From: a candidate division WOR-3 bacterium | Lineage (GTDB): Bacteria; Hydrothermota; Tepidihabitantia; Tepidihabitantales; Tepidihabitantaceae | NCBI GenBank assembly: GCA_965649225.1 | Contig: CBFGJX010000026.1 | Span: 1-27,328, forward strand | Direction of reading: 5' to 3' | Length of the DNA stretch: 27,328 nt | Shown: positions 1 to 8,935 of the stretch, piece by piece | Layout of the letters: every line of letters starts with the position of its first letter | Position numbering within the stretch: position 1 is the first letter of the stretch | Notes under the pieces: generated by a model | Seen by the model: the letters and a program-made list of their open reading frames with translations, nothing else | The model's database searches: none | What the model was told of the DNA's origin: nothing | Made by a program: the position numbers and the translations under genes

Positions 1-34
1 GAATATCGTGGCTGATTCGACGCGGGAGGCGGGG

Positions 35-292
35 ATGAGGTACGCGATCGGCTGGGGGGTCGGGCTGGTACTTTTGGGCGCCTGGCTGTGGCTGTCGCGG
101 CTGGGCGTGCCCGGCTGCAATTTCGGCCGGGACTGGCCGCTGCTGCTGGTTGCGTTCGGGGTGTGGCGGATTGTTCGCAGTATCGTCCGGGCCGCACGCC
201 GGCCGCACCGGCGGCAGGCGGTGCTGGATGACCTCGAGAATGGCCGGATTGATGCCGAGACAGCAATAATCCGTATCAAGGGAGGCCGGTAA
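35..292 (+). CDS. Small membrane protein with LiaF/DUF5668-like TM segments and a C-terminal SHOCT-like helix
   Basis: Two hydrophobic segments including RDWPLLLVAFGVW, and a C-terminal VLDDLENGRIDAETA. ATG 35 follows GGGAGG (24-29) and is preferred over GTG 8. Confidence 0.6.
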   Translation: MRYAIGWGVGLVLLGAWLWLSRLGVPGCNFGRDWPLLLVAFGVWRIVRSIVRAARRPHRRQAVLDDLENGRIDAETAIIRIKGGR

Positions 293-651
293 TGGAAGAC
301 GAGAAACTGCGGGTACTCCGACTGCTTGAAGAGAAGAAAATAACCGCCGATGAGGCCGAACGGCTGCTGGCGGCGCTGGCGCGGGCCGATGCACCGGCAG
401 GGCAGAACCGCTCGATCAAACTCCGGGTGGTTGACAAGAAATCGGGCAAGACCCGGGTCAATATCACCGTGCCGATGGCGCTGGTGCGCTGGGGAATGAA
501 GCTGGCGCCGCGCGAAGCCAAGGCTAGGATTGAGGAGCACGAGATTGACCTCAAGATGGTATCAGAGGCGCTGGAGAAGGGGCTGACCGGCAAGATAGTT
601 GACGTTGACGACGAGGACAAGGGCGAGCACGTCGAGGTCTGGCTGGAATAG
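292..651 (+). CDS. SHOCT-like domain protein (YvlB/DUF2089-operon type)
   Basis: N-terminal EKLRVLRLLEEKKITADEAERLLAAL, then VNITVP and a GKIVDVDDED...VEVWLE C-terminus. TAATG overlap with the upstream gene; GGAGG RBS. Confidence 0.7.
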   Translation: MEDEKLRVLRLLEEKKITADEAERLLAALARADAPAGQNRSIKLRVVDKKSGKTRVNITVPMALVRWGMKLAPREAKARIEEHEIDLKMVSEALEKGLTGKIVDVDDEDKGEHVEVWLE

Positions 652-801
652 CGGCCGGACCGGATTTGCGCCGGCGCGGGTGGTGAGGAGCCTGTCGAAG
701 GCGGGAAGGGCCGGCAAGCCGGCTGATTGCCGACGCCACGACCGGGGAGGCGGTCCCGGCAGGGTTGCCGGCAAGGGGTTTCAGAGAAACAGCTGATTGA
801 T

Positions 802-842
802 TCTGCCGGCAACTGTCCGACCGGCTGTCAGTTGCCGGCAGA
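802..842. repeat. 14-bp perfect inverted repeat (hairpin)
   Basis: TCTGCCGGCAACTG (802-815) and CAGTTGCCGGCAGA (829-842), 13-nt loop, no U-tract. Confidence 0.6.
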
Positions 843-1020
843 CTGCCGTGGTCGGCTGCAGCCAGTCCCATGGTCATTTGTCGCCAATCGATCATTTTGT
901 GGCTCTAATCTGATTGTAACTTGGTCCAGCGGCGTGCATCGGTTTCAGGCCGGGAAGGCTGTTGCTGATGGTTCGGCCGCTTTTGTCCGGGCAGTTTCGG
1001 CTGCCACTGCCGGCACGGGT

Positions 1021-1048
1021 TTGACAGCCCTTCTGCGGCTAATAGGAT
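1021..1048 (+). promoter_or_regulatory. sigma70-type promoter, likely leaderless transcript
   Basis: TTGACA-N16-TAGGAT. ATG 1055 lies 6 nt after the -10 box with no SD sequence. Confidence 0.6.
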
Positions 1049-1054
1049 TGCGGC

Positions 1055-1192
1055 ATGAATGGACCATTCGGCTGTCCGTGGCTGACCTTTGCGGCGGTGC
1101 TGGTTGCGCTGGCTGCGATCGTTGCCGCAGTCATCTGGGCGCTGGTCGCGCGGCTGGAAGATAACACCGAGCAAGACCCGAAAACCAAATGA
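1055..1192 (+). CDS. 45-aa single-pass membrane protein, probable symporter small accessory subunit (absent from the ORF track)
   Basis: MNGPFGCPWLTFAAVLVALAAIVAAVIWALVARLEDNTEQDPKTK: one TM helix and a charged tail, directly upstream of the SSS gene. Confidence 0.7.
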   Translation: MNGPFGCPWLTFAAVLVALAAIVAAVIWALVARLEDNTEQDPKTK

Positions 1193-1220
1193 TTGACTCT
1201 GAGGGCAGGAGAACAAGGCG

Positions 1221-2678
1221 ATGAGTTCGACCGCAGTTCACGTACTGGTGCTGGGGCTGTATCTGGCGCTGCTGTTTGTTATCGGTCTGGTGTCGCGGCA
1301 ACAGGCGAAGTCGGCGACCGGGTTCTATCTCGGCGGCCGGTCAATCGGGCCGTGGGTAACGGCGTTCTCGTTTGTTGCGGCCTATTTCTCGTCGGTGGTC
1401 ATCATCGGTGGTGGTGGTTTCGGATACAAGTTCGGGATGGCGACGCTGTGGGTCGGCGCAACCAATGTCCTCGTCGGTACGCTGCTGGCCTGGATTGTGC
1501 TCGGGGCGCGCACCCGGGTGATGACCGGCTGGCTGGACTCTATCACGATGCCGGACTTTTTTGCCCGCCGGTTTGCCGCGCCGGAAGCGCGGGTAATCTC
1601 GGCCGCAGTGGTGACGGTGTTTCTGGTGGTTTACAGCGTGTCGGTGGTGCAGGGGATGGGTAATGCCTTTTCGGTGCTGATTGGTCTGCCCTATACCTTG
1701 GGGGTGCTGGCCTCGGCACTGATAATTGTCGTTTACGTCGCACTGGGCGGGTATGTGGCGGTGGTGTGGACCGGTTTTGTGCAGGGAATCATCATGATTG
1801 TCGCGCTGGCGCTGCTGGCGGTGCTGGCGACCGCGCGGATTGGCGGGCTGGCGGCAGTGTTCGAACGGCTGGGCGCAGTCGAGGGTGGCAGGTTTCTCCA
1901 GACCCCGGGCGGGTGGGGCTGGCCCGGGCTGGTGTCGTACTCGATGATTGTCTCGCTGGGAGTGTGGGGGATGCCGCAACTGATGACCCGCTTTTATTCC
2001 ATCAAGAATGTCAAGGTGCTGCGGCTGGGTACGGTCGTGGCGACAATCGGCGGAACGATGGCCCTGCTGCCCTATTTCTCGGGCGCGCTGGCGCGGGTGC
2101 TTTTTCCTGACCTCGCGAGTGCGGATCAGGCGATTCCAACGCTGGTCAAGGCGGTGATGCCGCCGTGGGCGTCGGCAGTGTTTCTGGCCGGGGTGATTGC
2201 CGCCGGCATGTCGACTTTCTCGGCGGTGCTGCTGGTGTCGGTGAGTTCGCTGGTCAAAGACCTGGTGCGCGACGGGCTGGGGGCGCGGCTGTCGAACCGG
2301 GCCGAGGTCAGGCTGTCACGGGCAGTGTCGGTGGCGGTCGGGCTGGCCGCAGTTGCGGTTGCGCTAAAACCGCCGGCGATGATTTTGGTGATTACCGGCT
2401 TTGCCTGGGCGGTGATTGCGTCAACGACGCTGTGGCCCTATGTTTGCGGCCTGTACTGGCGGGGGGCGACCCGGGCCGGCGTGGCCGGCGCGATGGTCGG
2501 GGGGTGTGTGACGGCGCTGGTCTGGATGGCGTTGAAGAATCCGTTTGGTCTGCACGGGTTCATTCCGGGCGTCACGGTATCACTGATACTGCTGGTGGGA
2601 ATCAGTCTGCTGACCAGACGGCCGGATGCGGCGCTGCTCGAGCAGGCCTTTGGCGGATTCGGACTGCGCCGGGGCTAG
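1221..2678 (+). CDS. Sodium:solute symporter (SSS, PutP/PanF-like)
   Basis: About 13 TM helices. Motifs FYLGGRSIG, YVALGG..AVVWT, PQLMTRFY, AAGMST and GLYWRGAT. AGGAG RBS. Confidence 0.92.
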   Translation: MSSTAVHVLVLGLYLALLFVIGLVSRQQAKSATGFYLGGRSIGPWVTAFSFVAAYFSSVVIIGGGGFGYKFGMATLWVGATNVLVGTLLAWIVLGARTRVMTGWLDSITMPDFFARRFAAPEARVISAAVVTVFLVVYSVSVVQGMGNAFSVLIGLPYTLGVLASALIIVVYVALGGYVAVVWTGFVQGIIMIVALALLAVLATARIGGLAAVFERLGAVEGGRFLQTPGGWGWPGLVSYSMIVSLGVWGMPQLMTRFYSIKNVKVLRLGTVVATIGGTMALLPYFSGALARVLFPDLASADQAIPTLVKAVMPPWASAVFLAGVIAAGMSTFSAVLLVSVSSLVKDLVRDGLGARLSNRAEVRLSRAVSVAVGLAAVAVALKPPAMILVITGFAWAVIASTTLWPYVCGLYWRGATRAGVAGAMVGGCVTALVWMALKNPFGLHGFIPGVTVSLILLVGISLLTRRPDAALLEQAFGGFGLRRG

Positions 2679-5200
2679 CGCACGATTGTGACTGCCCGGG
2701 TGCCGGCAGTGCCGGCGCGGGCAAAGTAAACTCCGGGTCCAAGGTCGGACAAATCGGCTGAAACAACTGCTCGACCCGTTGCCGGCAGGATGCGAACCTG
2801 CCGGCCCGTGCGGTCGTAGATGACCAGCGGGTCTCCGGCGGCTGCGGGCAGACTGAAGTTGACCGGACCGGAGCTGATTGACGGCCAGACTTCAAGTGCA
2901 CCGGCCGGTGCCGACAATCCGGGCGTGACCGCGATGCCGGTGAGTGGCACCGTCGCCGAATAGATTTCCCAGTTGCCGCCAGAAGTGTAACCCTGCCAGA
3001 CGAGCCGGACAGCGGCACTGTCGGGGGCGGCGGCCGGGTTGAGGCAGTAGGTGGCGGTACCGCTCAGCAGGGTCGGCGACTGCCAGACACCGCCGGAGTA
3101 ATACGAGATGGCGACGCTCCAGCCGGGCGTTGTGCGGGTTGACCATGCCAGCCAGGGGGTGCCGTCAAGGGCAGTGGCCAGTGCCGGTCTGACGCTGAGC
3201 CCGAGTCCGGATGAGACAATAACCGGTGTTGACCAGGAGGTGCCGTCGAAACCGGCGGCGCAGATGCGGCCCGAGTCGCCGGCAAAGTCAGACCAGGCAA
3301 CCAGAACAGTGCCGTCGCCGGCACCGGTGACTGTTGGCCGGAGCGCATGGGGCCGGGAGCCGGACGGGATGCCGGCGTCGCGCCAGCTGCCGTCGTAGTA
3401 GCGGGCCCGGATTTCAGAGCGGCCGGCGCTGCGGCGGGTCCAGACAACCCAGGGCCGGCCGGCCAGGTCGGTCGCGACTGCCGGCCATTCGTCGATGGCG
3501 GTGTCGCCGGTCAGGTTGGCGGGAAGTGACCAGGCGGTGCCGTTCCACCAGCAGGCATAGATATCGGGAGTGCCGGTCCGGGCACTCTGCCAGAGACACC
3601 AGAGCCGGCCCGAGCCGTCACGGACGAGCGCGGCCTTCATGTCCTCGCTCGGGTCTTCGGAGATACGGCCGGGCGTGGACCAGGAGCTGCCGTTGAAGAC
3701 GCTGTAGTAGAGGTTGTAGTGATAGCTGTCCTCGAACCTCGACCAGACGAGGACCGGCCGGCCGGCGGTGTCGATCCCCAGTGCCGGGTCGCATTCCCAG
3801 TAGTAGGCGTTGCCGACCGGCATGGCATCGGACCAGCTGCCGGCTGAGCGGCGGGCGGCGTAGATGTCAAACCGACCGTTGGCTGGCGTGCGCCCGGTGA
3901 CCCAGGCGGCCCAGTGTCGGCCCTGCGGGTCGCGAACCAGTGCCGGGTCGGCGTCGGTTTCCGGGTGGGCGCCGACCGGCTCGACCACAGGCGGAAGCGA
4001 AACGGCGAGAGCCGGCTGGGGGTCGGGTGCGGCGGCAAGTGCAGCGTGACGGGGTCGCAGCGACGGGTCACCAATCATGACCATGCCGTAATGCCAGTCG
4101 ATGTTGCTCTGGTTCTGAATCAGCCAGGCCTGGAAGGCGCTGCCGATTGAGACGTTGTTGCCGAGGCAGCCATAGAAGTAGGTGGTGTTCAGCATCGAGC
4201 CGGTCTTGGTGCTGCCGACTGCCAGCAGGCCCCAGTCGTCGTTGAACACTTCCCAGCCGGCGGAGTAATTTTCTTCGATGAAGCGGGCGCCGGAGCAGCA
4301 GAACAGATTGTAGAAGTGTGCCTGTGGTCGCAGGGCGTAGATTTCGCAGTTGAAGACCGTGCCGGTGTAGTCGCTGCCGTCGGAACGGAAAGTATTGCCC
4401 CAGGCCGAGGAGTGGGAAGCGACCTGAATCCATTCGTAGCCGGTGACGAGCTGGCTGCGCCAGCCGGCGGCGGTCGTGCGGGAATCGTCAATGACCGTGA
4501 CTGACGGATATACCTGACCCAGGCCCCAGTCACCCGAGCCGGCCCAGTCGTTGTCAATGAAACAGAGCGCCCGGTCGGGCAGAGTGAGGCCGCCGGTACG
4601 ATAGGCGTGGTTCTTGGCGAAGTAGCGGCGCAAGAGCCGGACTTCGCTGTCCCAGGTCAGGGAGCCGGCATAAAGCCGGCCGACCCAGATTTCCGGTGCG
4701 ATGCTGCCGGTGTGCCGGTCGAACAGGCCGTCGGCATCGCTGTCCAGCCAGGTGCCGTCAAGGTCCATGTAATAGATGTCGCAGGGAAACTCTTCGGGGT
4801 GGGAGCCGCCCCAGTCGGCTTCAAACCAGGCGACCGGCAGGTCGCCGACAAGCACTGCGCCGCGGATACTGGCAATCGACGAGAGCAGTGTCCGCAGTGC
4901 GGCGGCTGACGAGCCGCGCATGGTATCGACGCGCGGCGAATAGCCCGCGGCGACAAGGTCGGAGCAGAACTGAGCGATTTCGGGCGCGATGTCGGGGTAG
5001 ATGCCGGCAGCGACGATTACCGCGACGACATCGGTGTTGCCGGTTGCCAGCACGCAGCCGGAATGGATGATGTCGGTTTCGGCACGGCGGGCGAGCCAGT
5101 CGGTATGGCTGGTCGGTGAGCGGCCGGCCGGGTCGGTCCACTGCGGGCAGGCGGGCCGGGCAGCCAGCGGCAGAATCACGGTCAGGAGCAGGGGTAGCAC
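2675..5200 (-). CDS. Secreted C25 (gingipain-like) cysteine peptidase with propeller-like repeats and a T9SS-type C-terminal domain
   Basis: Signal peptide. C25-like motifs VLVGDLP, DIYYMDLDG and PEIWVGRL; His (VASHS) and Cys (LFCCS) candidates; GDPSL. Repeated P-A-L...G-R-x-W-x-x-W blades. C-terminal IYDRTGRQVR...GVYF. Confidence 0.75.
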   Translation of the reverse strand: MLPLLLTVILPLAARPACPQWTDPAGRSPTSHTDWLARRAETDIIHSGCVLATGNTDVVAVIVAAGIYPDIAPEIAQFCSDLVAAGYSPRVDTMRGSSAAALRTLLSSIASIRGAVLVGDLPVAWFEADWGGSHPEEFPCDIYYMDLDGTWLDSDADGLFDRHTGSIAPEIWVGRLYAGSLTWDSEVRLLRRYFAKNHAYRTGGLTLPDRALCFIDNDWAGSGDWGLGQVYPSVTVIDDSRTTAAGWRSQLVTGYEWIQVASHSSAWGNTFRSDGSDYTGTVFNCEIYALRPQAHFYNLFCCSGARFIEENYSAGWEVFNDDWGLLAVGSTKTGSMLNTTYFYGCLGNNVSIGSAFQAWLIQNQSNIDWHYGMVMIGDPSLRPRHAALAAAPDPQPALAVSLPPVVEPVGAHPETDADPALVRDPQGRHWAAWVTGRTPANGRFDIYAARRSAGSWSDAMPVGNAYYWECDPALGIDTAGRPVLVWSRFEDSYHYNLYYSVFNGSSWSTPGRISEDPSEDMKAALVRDGSGRLWCLWQSARTGTPDIYACWWNGTAWSLPANLTGDTAIDEWPAVATDLAGRPWVVWTRRSAGRSEIRARYYDGSWRDAGIPSGSRPHALRPTVTGAGDGTVLVAWSDFAGDSGRICAAGFDGTSWSTPVIVSSGLGLSVRPALATALDGTPWLAWSTRTTPGWSVAISYYSGGVWQSPTLLSGTATYCLNPAAAPDSAAVRLVWQGYTSGGNWEIYSATVPLTGIAVTPGLSAPAGALEVWPSISSGPVNFSLPAAAGDPLVIYDRTGRQVRILPATGRAVVSADLSDLGPGVYFARAGTAGTRAVTIVR

Positions 5201-5224
5201 CAGATTAGACTCCGTCGTTTGATG

Positions 5225-6349
5225 CTAGCGGCGGGATGTCGGCTGGTCAACCGGCTGGGCAGTGAGTTCGCCGGCGAGGTCGAGCTGAAACAGCCGGCGG
5301 ACGTCTTCGGTTGACAGTTCCGGGTCGCCCAACAGGACCATCAGTTTGACCAGTGCCGCTTCGGGAGTGATGTCGTAGCCGGAAATGACACCGGCTTCGA
5401 GCAGGCGGGCGCCCGCCTCGTAGCGGCCGAGATCGACCCGACCACCAAAGCACTGGGTAACCGCCACGGCGACGACACCGCGGCGGACGGCGGCGGCAAT
5501 CGGCCCGAGCACGCGCGGGTCCGAAGGCACCGTACCCATGCCGTAGGTCTTGAGAACGATGCCGCGCAGGCTGTTGTCGCTGAGGATATGGCTGAGCAGC
5601 GAACCCTGCTGGATGCCGGGAAAGAAACTGACGGCGACAACGTTGGTTTCCAGCCGGGTGCGCAGGCGCAGCGGGCCCGGCGAAGCCGGGCGGACGGCAC
5701 TGGTGTGGACGATGATGCGTTCCCCGGCCCAGGCCAGGTCCGGGTAGTCGGGCGAAGAGAAAGCGTTGAAGCCGGAGGCGGTGATCTTGCGGGCCCGGTT
5801 GCCGCGTAACAGTTTGTCGCCAAAGAACACGCTGACCTCAGGCACCAGCGGCAAATTGGAAAAGCCCGGGTTGGCGATGAGCAGTGCGGTGAGCAGATTC
5901 TGCAATGCGTCGTTGCGGATGTTGTGCAGATGAGAAAGCTGGGCGCCGGTGAGGACTACCGGCTTGGCGAGGTTCTCAAGCATCAGGCTCAGGGCCGAGG
6001 CGGTATAGACCATCGTGTCGGTGCCGTGCAGGACAACGAAGCCGGCATAGCGGTCGTAGTTTTCGGCAATCGCCCGGGCGATTTTCACCCAGTAGTCCGG
6101 ACCGATGTTGCAGGAGTCAAGCGGTTCGAGGCTGATGCCGTCAACCGGGAAACCGATGTAACGGGCGTTGACCGTGCCGTCGGCCAGGCGGGGCGAAAGC
6201 GAGGAAGTCCGGCGGCGGAATTCTTCCCAGGAGACCGTGACCAGCGGGCTTTTCGGGTCGCCGGGGTCGCGCGGCATCGAGCCGATGGTGCCGCCGGTGT
6301 ATATGACCAGGACCGGCTGGGGGGAAGTGGTGTTGCTGGCAGCTGACAT
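5225..6349 (-). CDS. ansA: L-asparaginase type I
   Basis: IYTGGTIG and HGTDTM catalytic Thr motifs, KPVVLTGAQ, LRGNRARK, and ITPEAALVKL. Start set at ATG 6349, downstream of the predicted promoter. Confidence 0.9.
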   Translation of the reverse strand: MSAASNTTSPQPVLVIYTGGTIGSMPRDPGDPKSPLVTVSWEEFRRRTSSLSPRLADGTVNARYIGFPVDGISLEPLDSCNIGPDYWVKIARAIAENYDRYAGFVVLHGTDTMVYTASALSLMLENLAKPVVLTGAQLSHLHNIRNDALQNLLTALLIANPGFSNLPLVPEVSVFFGDKLLRGNRARKITASGFNAFSSPDYPDLAWAGERIIVHTSAVRPASPGPLRLRTRLETNVVAVSFFPGIQQGSLLSHILSDNSLRGIVLKTYGMGTVPSDPRVLGPIAAAVRRGVVAVAVTQCFGGRVDLGRYEAGARLLEAGVISGYDITPEAALVKLMVLLGDPELSTEDVRRLFQLDLAGELTAQPVDQPTSRR

Positions 6350-6366
6350 CGGATAGAGTGGCGCAG

Positions 6367-6394
6367 ATGTTACCAGCTCTGGGGGGCGCGTCAA
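6367..6394 (-). promoter_or_regulatory. sigma70-type promoter for ansA and the C25 peptidase gene
   Basis: Minus strand TTGACG-N16-TAACAT, back-to-back with the GNAT promoter. Confidence 0.5.
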
Positions 6395-6402
6395 TTGTCG
6401 GC

Positions 6403-6430
6403 TTGATTGTCAGGCAGAACGGCCTAGATT
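6403..6430 (+). promoter_or_regulatory. sigma70-type promoter, likely leaderless
   Basis: TTGATT-N16-TAGATT; in-frame GTG 6436 lies 5 nt downstream. Confidence 0.5.
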
Positions 6431-6435
6431 GTGGC

Positions 6436-7554
6436 GTGGACATCGAAGTGAGACCGGTTACCGGCCGGGCCGAACTGCGCCGGTTTGTGTTTCTGCCCGA
6501 GAAGCTGAACCGTGACCATCCCAACTGGCTGCCGCCGATTTACGCCGATGACCTTGCCTACTTCGATGCCAGCCGGAACCGGGCATTTTCCTACTGTGAC
6601 ACGCTGCTGCTGCTGGCCTGGCGGAATGCCGAGCCGGTCGGTCGGGTGCTGGGGATTGTCAACCGCCGCTGCAACGATTTCCGGGGCGAGCGGCTGGCGC
6701 GTTTCAGTCATCTTGAATGTCCGGACGACCCGGCGGTGTTTACCGCACTGATGCAGCGGGTCGAAGAGTGGGCCCGCGGGCTGGGGATGGAGAAACTGGT
6801 CGGGCCGTTCGGTTTCACCGATCAAGACCCGGAAGGTTTTCTGGTTGAGGGTTTCGATGAACTGCCGACGCTGGCCTGCAATGCCAACCGGCCTTACATC
6901 AACCGGCTGCTGGCGGCGGCTGGCTATGGCAAGGAAGTTGACTATGTCGTCTATATCCTGCCGGTGCCACAGCGACTGCCACCGAGCTACGAGCGGGTCA
7001 TCGAACGGCTGCAGGAGCGCGGCGGGTTCCGGCCGCTGGAGTTTACCCGGCGCAGTGAGCTGCGGCCCTGGGTGCGGCCGGTGCTGGGATTGATGAACCA
7101 GAGCTATGTTCATCTCTACGGCTACGCGCCGCTGGACGAACAGGAAATGGATGAACTGGCCCGGCGCTATCTGCCGCTGCTGGACCCGCGACTGGTGAAG
7201 GTGGTGTTGAAGGGCGATGAAATTGCCGGTTTCGTCGTTGGCATGGCCAACATCACCGCCGGAATCCGACGGGCGCGGGGACGGCTTTTCCCGTTCGGGC
7301 TGTTGCACGTCCTGGCGGCGATGCGTCGGGCGCGGCAGCTCGACCTGATGCTTGGCGCTGTCCGACCTGACTGTCGCGGTGCCGGCGTGAACGCTTTGCT
7401 GGCAATGATGATGCTGCGTTCGGCCCAAGCGGCCGGGTTCGAGACGATCGACACCCACAGTGAGCTGGAGTCGAATCTGCTCGTCCGGGCGGAAATGGAA
7501 CGGTTGGGCGGGCAGGTGCGCAAGCGGTTTCGGGTTTATCAGAAGCAGTTGTAG
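6436..7554 (+). CDS. Tandem GNAT acyltransferase, YghO / bacterial ceramide synthase-like
   Basis: IEVRPV...LRRFVFLP...PNWLPP, VGR, GPFGF.DQD.EGFLVEGF, GRLFPFG, LGAVRPDCRGAGVNA, ELESN and KRFRVYQK. Start revised to GTG 6436. Confidence 0.75.
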   Translation: MDIEVRPVTGRAELRRFVFLPEKLNRDHPNWLPPIYADDLAYFDASRNRAFSYCDTLLLLAWRNAEPVGRVLGIVNRRCNDFRGERLARFSHLECPDDPAVFTALMQRVEEWARGLGMEKLVGPFGFTDQDPEGFLVEGFDELPTLACNANRPYINRLLAAAGYGKEVDYVVYILPVPQRLPPSYERVIERLQERGGFRPLEFTRRSELRPWVRPVLGLMNQSYVHLYGYAPLDEQEMDELARRYLPLLDPRLVKVVLKGDEIAGFVVGMANITAGIRRARGRLFPFGLLHVLAAMRRARQLDLMLGAVRPDCRGAGVNALLAMMMLRSAQAAGFETIDTHSELESNLLVRAEMERLGGQVRKRFRVYQKQL

Positions 7555-7572
7555 CAGCCGCCGTTGGCGGGC

Positions 7573-7600
7573 TTGACCACGGCGGGTGCGATTCTAGACT
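7573..7600 (+). promoter_or_regulatory. sigma70-type promoter, likely leaderless
   Basis: TTGACC-N16-TAGACT; GTG 7607 lies 6 nt downstream with no SD. Confidence 0.6.
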
Positions 7601-7606
7601 GGGCGC

Positions 7607-8935
7607 GTGAAAACTTTTCGCGACGCGGTCCACGGCGACCTCGATTTCACCGATGAAGAACTGGCGATAATTGATACGCCGACTTTCCAGCGGTTGCGGG
7701 GAATCAAGCAGCTTGGTGCCGCCTATCTGGTTTATCCCTCGGCGGTCCATACCCGGTTTGAACACTGTCTCGGCACCTGCGGTGTGGCGAAACGGATTAT
7801 CGGCCAGATCCGGCGGAACTGTGGTGAGCGGGCGGTGACGGCCGAGGATGAGCGGCTGATTGGCTTCTATGCTCTGCTGCACGACATTACCCATATTCCT
7901 TTCGGTCATACCATCGAGGACGAGCGCCGGGTGTTTGTCCGGCACGACCAGAACGACGAGCGCATTGGCTATTTCATCGAGAAGACGGAACTGGGACGGG
8001 TACTGGAGCGGCTGGGGGTGAAGCGGGAGCTGGGCCGGATTCTCCGGACGCACCGGCTGGTGCCGGACGGACCGACCTATCACTATGACATTGTCTCGAG
8101 CACCATCTGCGCCGACCTGCTCGATTATCTGCTGCGCGACGCCTGCTTCACCGGGCTGGCCCAGCGCTACGATGAACGGTTGTTCAAATACTTCGTAATC
8201 GCTGACGGCGCACTGGTTATCAATCTTGTCCGCAACGGGTTGTTCCGGATGGATGGACTGACCGAGATTATCAATGTCCTGCGGATTCGCTACATGCTTA
8301 GCGAGCGGGTCTATTACCACCCGGCGAAGAACGCCGCTTCGGCGATGGTTTCGAAAGCGCTGGAACTGTGTCTGAACAGCGGCGGCCGGCGGCTGAGCGA
8401 ACGGTCGTTCTATTCGGTCGGCGATGAGGGTTTCTTGCGGATTCTGGAGTCGGGACCGGCCGCGGCGCGGCAACTGGTTCGTTCATTTCTGGCCCGGCGG
8501 TTGTACAAGAAAGCCTATATGGTTGCGCGGCGCAGTTTGACTTCCACCGAGAAGTTTGCGCCCTACCACCTCGACACCGAAAAGCGGGCGGAAGCCGAGC
8601 GCTGGCTGGCGCGGAAACTGCGCGTGCCGTTTCGTTCGGTGATCGTTTACTGTCCGTCCAGTTCGATGCAGCTGCGCGAGGCGAATGCCCTGTTTCGGCT
8701 GGAAACCGGTGCACCGGCGCGGCGACTGGAAAACAACACCGAGATCGAGAATCTGAAACGGCATCAGGAAAAACTCTGGAAGTTCTTCGTCTTTCTTGAC
8801 CCGGACTGCTCGGCACGGCTGACCGAGGCCGGGCGGTTGTGTGAAGAGTACTTCGGGCAATCCAATGACCTGCCCCGGTTGCAGTCGGCACCGGCCGATG
8901 CCTGCGGCGGGGCGATGTCCGAAAAGACAAGCTGA
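7607..8935 (+). CDS. HD-domain phosphohydrolase, SAMHD1/YwfO-like dNTP triphosphohydrolase
   Basis: RDAVHG, FQRLRGIKQLG, HTRFEH, LLHDITHIPFGH, ADLLDYLLRD and VYYHP. Confidence 0.88.
   Translation: MKTFRDAVHGDLDFTDEELAIIDTPTFQRLRGIKQLGAAYLVYPSAVHTRFEHCLGTCGVAKRIIGQIRRNCGERAVTAEDERLIGFYALLHDITHIPFGHTIEDERRVFVRHDQNDERIGYFIEKTELGRVLERLGVKRELGRILRTHRLVPDGPTYHYDIVSSTICADLLDYLLRDACFTGLAQRYDERLFKYFVIADGALVINLVRNGLFRMDGLTEIINVLRIRYMLSERVYYHPAKNAASAMVSKALELCLNSGGRRLSERSFYSVGDEGFLRILESGPAAARQLVRSFLARRLYKKAYMVARRSLTSTEKFAPYHLDTEKRAEAERWLARKLRVPFRSVIVYCPSSSMQLREANALFRLETGAPARRLENNTEIENLKRHQEKLWKFFVFLDPDCSARLTEAGRLCEEYFGQSNDLPRLQSAPADACGGAMSEKTS

Noticed and set aside
6358..6435. N-terminal extensions of the GNAT ORF (6358) and ansA ORF (6394) in the track
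   Set aside because: They overlap each other and the divergent promoters; family-like sequence starts at 6436 and 6349.
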